Positions 59,649 through 64,000 of a stretch of DNA of 64,000 nt are shown here, one piece after another (position 1 is the stretch's first letter; the number at the start of each line of letters is the position of its first letter). Source of the DNA: an uncultured Clostridium sp. (GTDB lineage: Bacteria > Bacillota_I > Bacilli_A > RF39 > UBA660); assembly GCA_964649245.1 (NCBI GenBank), contig CAZYOS010000001.1:5242-69241 (forward strand), given 5' to 3'. Under the pieces are notes generated by a model. That model was not told the origin of the DNA and did no database searches. It was given only the letters and a program-made list of their open reading frames with translations. A program made the translations under genes and the position numbers.

Positions 59649-61661
59649 TTAAAATTTAATTTCACTTTCTTCCAAAACAACTTTGTTATCTACTATTTCA
59701 CGACATTTTTTTTCTAATTTTTTTAAAAATTCATCTGCAAAGTTCATATCTCTTTTGAAAGATTCTATCACATTAATATAATGTAACTTTTTCTCGATAT
59801 TAATACATTCAAACAGTTCATTATAAGATGCATATGCTAAAGATTCTAATGTTTTACTATATCTTAAGCTTAATCTCGAAGCATCTAGCCCTCCCCCACT
59901 ATCTAAACCTAAAGGATCAAGCCTTACCCTATCTAATTTGTCTGCATCTTTTAATATAAATAATAATTTTGTATATCTTTCTCTATATTTAGGGTCGATC
60001 ATCATTAAATTTCTATTATTTTCCTTAGTGGATAAAGAATGATTTTTAATAATAAACATTATTTCTTTTCTTTCCACTTCAGAAAATCCATCTAAAAGAG
60101 AAGAATCGCCCTCTAATTTTTCAATAGATTTTGTTCCATGTAAATCATCCTCATCATCATGTGTTCTTCCAATATCATGGTATTTTACTGCTGCTAGTAA
60201 TACTCTTTCATCACTTGCATCAAGTCCAAGATATTTATTATTTAATAAAGTATGCATCAAAAAATTTACTCTTCTAGTATGACTTACGCCATGCAATTCA
60301 CTCCTGTATTGATTATTATCATTTAATATTTCATCATCACTATTAAGCAAAGACTCTCTTTTTTCTGGAGATAATGATTTAAAAGCATGTGATACTGTAT
60401 CATAATCAGCATTTTTCTTTAATAGTTCATCTTCTTTAGAAATTAACTTGCTTCTTATAGTTTTAATTATTTCTTTATCGTATGACTCCAATTTAATACC
60501 TATTAACCATTTTTTAATATTGTCTTTTTCAGAATTAAAAGTTTCACTAAATCTATCATAAATCAAATTCATATCAGCATCATTATCTATGCCACCAATA
60601 CATTCTATTAGTTCTTCAATATTAGCTGGTCTTATATATTGACAAGTTTTATATGAAACTACGTCTCCTATCTTATATCCATGTTCCAAAGCAAACTTTT
60701 GCTTAATATCAAAAGAATCAAGAACATCAACAATACTAATTGCTTCTAGTGGTATTTCATTAGAATTTAAAGGTATATTATCTAATTCATTATCTTCAGT
60801 TTCATCTCTAGATTCATGAGAAAAAAAGTCATCATATTTTTTATATTTTTTTAATCCCTTTTTAATTTTATCTCCCAAAGTATCAGAATTAAATGAGCCC
60901 TGGAAAGATGATCTAACTTCATCATCTATAATATCTTTTATCCTAACAAGAGCAAATGATGGATTAAGTGTACAGTACTCTTCTGCTACCATTTGAGCAT
61001 ACTCATAAGCTTCTTTATAGCCTGAAGAAGATCCACTGAACTTTTCTTTGATTTTATTTCTTAATACTCTTAAAGTATAAGAATATTTACTTTCACCCAC
61101 TATAAAAGGTGCTTCATTCCCATTTTGATTCATAGGGCCTTCATATAATCTTTCAGGTGAGTTGCCTAAAGCATAATGAAATGTTTTAGTTCCTGGGCTA
61201 CTTAAATAAGTTAGTTGCAAATCAGCACAATAAACATAATCATCAATAAAGAAAGAAATGCCCAGATCAGATTCTAAATTATTAAGAGCATCTCTTATTC
61301 TTAATATATGTTCACGTTCATCAATATCAAGATTATTAAGATAAGAAAATCCATGTTTAGATACATTCTTTCTTTTATGTCCATTAAAGGCATGAGTTAA
61401 ATATTGACTATTAATAATATAATTAATAAAAACATCTGAAGTACTAAAATTTTTATTTAATTTTTTATATTTTCTAATTATATCTAAATAAGTACAATCA
61501 GTATTTTTATCATTTGTAACTAAATAATATTTTAAAACAATAGCTAATCTTCTATTTATTTCATTACTATCATATTCATACATACCTACAAATAAGCTCT
61601 TAATAAAGTCACTGTTATTAAATATTGTTGTTAATATATTGTTTATATCACTTTTTTCCAT
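59649..61661 (-). CDS. large (670 aa) protein with C-terminal HD phosphohydrolase domain; N-terminal about 450 aa unassigned
   Basis: HD signature: HGVSHTRRV ... VKYHDIGR ... LHGTKS ... NHS ... DADKLDRVRL. Nothing recognisable in the N-terminal two-thirds. Confidence 0.5.
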   Translation of the reverse strand: MEKSDINNILTTIFNNSDFIKSLFVGMYEYDSNEINRRLAIVLKYYLVTNDKNTDCTYLDIIRKYKKLNKNFSTSDVFINYIINSQYLTHAFNGHKRKNVSKHGFSYLNNLDIDEREHILRIRDALNNLESDLGISFFIDDYVYCADLQLTYLSSPGTKTFHYALGNSPERLYEGPMNQNGNEAPFIVGESKYSYTLRVLRNKIKEKFSGSSSGYKEAYEYAQMVAEEYCTLNPSFALVRIKDIIDDEVRSSFQGSFNSDTLGDKIKKGLKKYKKYDDFFSHESRDETEDNELDNIPLNSNEIPLEAISIVDVLDSFDIKQKFALEHGYKIGDVVSYKTCQYIRPANIEELIECIGGIDNDADMNLIYDRFSETFNSEKDNIKKWLIGIKLESYDKEIIKTIRSKLISKEDELLKKNADYDTVSHAFKSLSPEKRESLLNSDDEILNDNNQYRSELHGVSHTRRVNFLMHTLLNNKYLGLDASDERVLLAAVKYHDIGRTHDDEDDLHGTKSIEKLEGDSSLLDGFSEVERKEIMFIIKNHSLSTKENNRNLMMIDPKYRERYTKLLFILKDADKLDRVRLDPLGLDSGGGLDASRLSLRYSKTLESLAYASYNELFECINIEKKLHYINVIESFKRDMNFADEFLKKLEKKCREIVDNKVVLEESEIKF

Positions 61662-61675
61662 TACTACTCCATATA

Positions 61676-63631
61676 TTATTTATTATTTAAACTCTTAAGC
61701 TCAAACATGATGTCTCTTAATTCAGTCGCCCTTTCAAAATCGAGTTTAGAAGCCGCTTCTCTCATTTCTACTTCAAGTTTCTTAATCATGTCCCTTAACT
61801 CTTTATTTGAATATTTTTTATTTTCATTATTTTCATCACTAACAATAGTACTTACTACCTCCTTTATATTTTTAACAATAGTAGTTGGTATTATATTATT
61901 ATCATTATTATATTTTTCTTGTATCTTTCTTCTTCTATTAGTTTCACTTATTGCTTTTTTCATAGCATCACTTTCATAGTCAGCATACATTATAACATGT
62001 CCATTACTATTTCTGGCTGCTCTTCCTATAGTTTGTATTAAACTTCTATCACTTCTTAAGAATCCCTGTTTATCAGCATCCATAATGCATATTAATGATA
62101 CTTCTGGAATATCTAATCCTTCTCTTAAAAGATTAATGCCTACAAGAACATCTATTTTACCGAGTCTTAAGTTCCTAATAATATTTAATCTTTCCAAAGT
62201 CTTAATTTCATTATGTAAGTACGTAACCTTATACCCAAGTTCTTTTAAATATGCTGTTAGTTCTTCACTCATTCTAATTGTAAGAGTAGTAATAAGTACT
62301 CTTTCGTTTTTTTCAATTCTTTTGTTAATTTCACTAATTATATCATCAATTTGATTTTTAGAAGGTCTTACCTCTAATGAAGGGTCAAGAAGTCCTGTTG
62401 GTCTTATTATTTGTTCAACAGGTTTCTTAACAAGTGATAATTCATAATCACCAGGAGTTGCACTTACATAAATAACTTGATTTAATTTGTTTTTAAATTC
62501 ATCAAATTGAAGAGGCCTATTATCCAAAGCACTAGGCAATCTAAATCCATAGTCTACAAGTGTTTGCTTTCTCATATGATCCCCATTATACATTCCTCTA
62601 ACTTGTGGAAGAGTAACATGGCTTTCATCTATAACAAGTAAAAAATCTTCAGGAAAGAAATCAATTAAAGTCGTTGGTGTTTCTCCTTTATCTCTTAAAG
62701 ATAAATGTCTACTATAGTTTTCAATGCCATGACAAAACCCTGTTTCTTTTAACATTTCCAAATCATACATTGTTCTTTCTTTAAGCCTTTGTTCTTCTAA
62801 TAGTTTTCCACTATTATGTAATTCTTCAAGTCTTATATTTAATTCATTCTCAATTCTTACTATAGCTTTTTTAAGCTTTTCATCACTTGTAACAAATAAA
62901 GATGCAGGAGAAATATTAACGGTTCTTAAACTATTAATTGTATGACCAGTTACAGGATCAAAAATACTTATCTTATCAATAGTATCACCAAACATATCTA
63001 TTCTGATACCATTCTTTTTTTCAGCAACAGGTATTAATTCAATAATATCACCTTTTGCTCTAAAGGATCCTCTTTTTAAATCATATATGCTTCTTTCATA
63101 TTGCATTTCAATAAGCTTTTCTAGTATTGCATCTCTATCAATATTATCATTTATAGATAAGTTTAACATTTTATTTTTATATTCTTCTTTTTCACCAATA
63201 TTATAAATACATGATACAGAAGAAACAACTATTACATCATCTCTATTTATTAAAGCCATAGTAGCTGAATGTCTAAGTTCATCTATTTCATCATTAATAG
63301 AGGAATCTTTTTCAATATATAAATCTTTACTAGGCACATATGCTTCAGGTTGATAATAATCGTAATAAGATACAAAATATTCAACTCTATTTTCAGGAAA
63401 CAATTCTTTAAATTCAGCATATAATTGTCCCGCAAGTGTTTTATTATGAGCAAGAACTAATGTTGGTTTTTGAACACGTTCAATAACATTAGCTATTGTA
63501 AATGTTTTACCAGTTCCAGTAGCACCTAAAAGGACCTGGTTCTTTTCACCAGATTTAATACCATTAACTAATTCGTTTATTGCTTCTGGTTGATCTCCAG
63601 AAGGTTTGTATTCCGAATGTATCTTAAACAT
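61676..63631 (-). CDS. uvrB: excinuclease ABC subunit B
   Basis: 651 aa. Walker [11 protein letters not shown], helicase motifs, beta-hairpin region, C-terminal UvrB/UvrC interaction domain (ATELRD). Confidence 0.95.
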   Translation of the reverse strand: MFKIHSEYKPSGDQPEAINELVNGIKSGEKNQVLLGATGTGKTFTIANVIERVQKPTLVLAHNKTLAGQLYAEFKELFPENRVEYFVSYYDYYQPEAYVPSKDLYIEKDSSINDEIDELRHSATMALINRDDVIVVSSVSCIYNIGEKEEYKNKMLNLSINDNIDRDAILEKLIEMQYERSIYDLKRGSFRAKGDIIELIPVAEKKNGIRIDMFGDTIDKISIFDPVTGHTINSLRTVNISPASLFVTSDEKLKKAIVRIENELNIRLEELHNSGKLLEEQRLKERTMYDLEMLKETGFCHGIENYSRHLSLRDKGETPTTLIDFFPEDFLLVIDESHVTLPQVRGMYNGDHMRKQTLVDYGFRLPSALDNRPLQFDEFKNKLNQVIYVSATPGDYELSLVKKPVEQIIRPTGLLDPSLEVRPSKNQIDDIISEINKRIEKNERVLITTLTIRMSEELTAYLKELGYKVTYLHNEIKTLERLNIIRNLRLGKIDVLVGINLLREGLDIPEVSLICIMDADKQGFLRSDRSLIQTIGRAARNSNGHVIMYADYESDAMKKAISETNRRRKIQEKYNNDNNIIPTTIVKNIKEVVSTIVSDENNENKKYSNKELRDMIKKLEVEMREAASKLDFERATELRDIMFELKSLNNK

Positions 63632-64000
63632 ATTATCTCCTTATATTTTCTATAATTATTCATCATTTTTCGCTTTGCCTTTTTTAATGATATTAATTTG
63701 ATGTCACTTTTATTATTCTCTTTAACTAATTATAACATACATATTTACACATTAAAATAATTTAAAACTAATAAAGAATCTATTTTATTATAATAAAAAC
63801 AAAAAAATGATGTGTTGATAATGATAGATTATTATAATAATTATTTAAAAATAGCAAACAATCATTGTTAGGCAAAAAAGATAAACTATCTAAAATGAAA
63901 AAGATTGAAATATAAATAGAAAAAATTAAAATGATAATTTTTCTATAAAACAATTTGTTTCTTACTCATAACATAATCTATAGCGCATATTATATAGCCT

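Noticed and set aside
63948-63960. Perfect palindrome AAACAATTTGTTT as a possible LexA box for uvrB.
   Set aside because: It lies about 317 nt upstream of the uvrB start, far beyond its RBS and promoter, and does not fit GAAC-N4-GTTC spacing. It may belong to a gene beyond the window edge.
1-64000. Alternative genetic code (UGA=Trp, Mollicutes) suggested by extreme AT content.
   Set aside because: RecA, UvrB, PriA, CysS and other genes are full length and collinear with homologues using the standard code, with stops where expected.
1-64000. Mobile elements, prophage, CRISPR arrays, large repeats.
   Set aside because: No transposase, integrase, recombinase or phage structural genes. No spacer-repeat arrays. 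Only short (10-12 nt) local repeats were seen.

Overview
This is a 64 kb, very AT-rich chromosomal segment. Long intact ORFs use the standard genetic code, and the gene content and synteny look like a low-GC Firmicutes (Bacillota) genome. About 55 of 57 genes lie on the minus strand; only RNase J and one secreted protein are on the plus strand. Read in transcription order (high to low coordinate) the housekeeping genes are: uvrB, a 670-aa HD-domain protein, miaB, an MBL-fold hydrolase, priA, fmt, gpsB, RNase P RNA (rnpB), a RodZ-like gene, pgsA, recA, cysS, a VanY-like carboxypeptidase, yvcK, tRNA-Ala, murF, RNase J, ftsY, ylxM, an SPFH protein, cdsA, rseP, tRNA-Arg, recD2, an AI-2E transporter, spoVS and a cdaA start. 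Interspersed are a roughly 10 kb surface-polysaccharide locus, an arginine deiminase pair (arcA-arcB) with an amino-acid ABC transporter, and a dacF-like carboxypeptidase. I found no transposase or integrase, no CRISPR array and no long repeats. The most unusual items are a SpoIIAA-like STAS gene translationally coupled to a SigF/SigB-family sigma gene with no anti-sigma kinase, and an operon of a DltA C-terminal subdomain alone, a DltC carrier, YfhO and recD2, sitting beside tRNA-Arg and a tRNA-like half-molecule. Others are a decayed gene next to tRNA-Ala, an HTH-metallophosphoesterase fusion, and a large HD-domain protein where uvrA would be expected. All calls rest on reading the translations and motifs by eye; no database search was possible.
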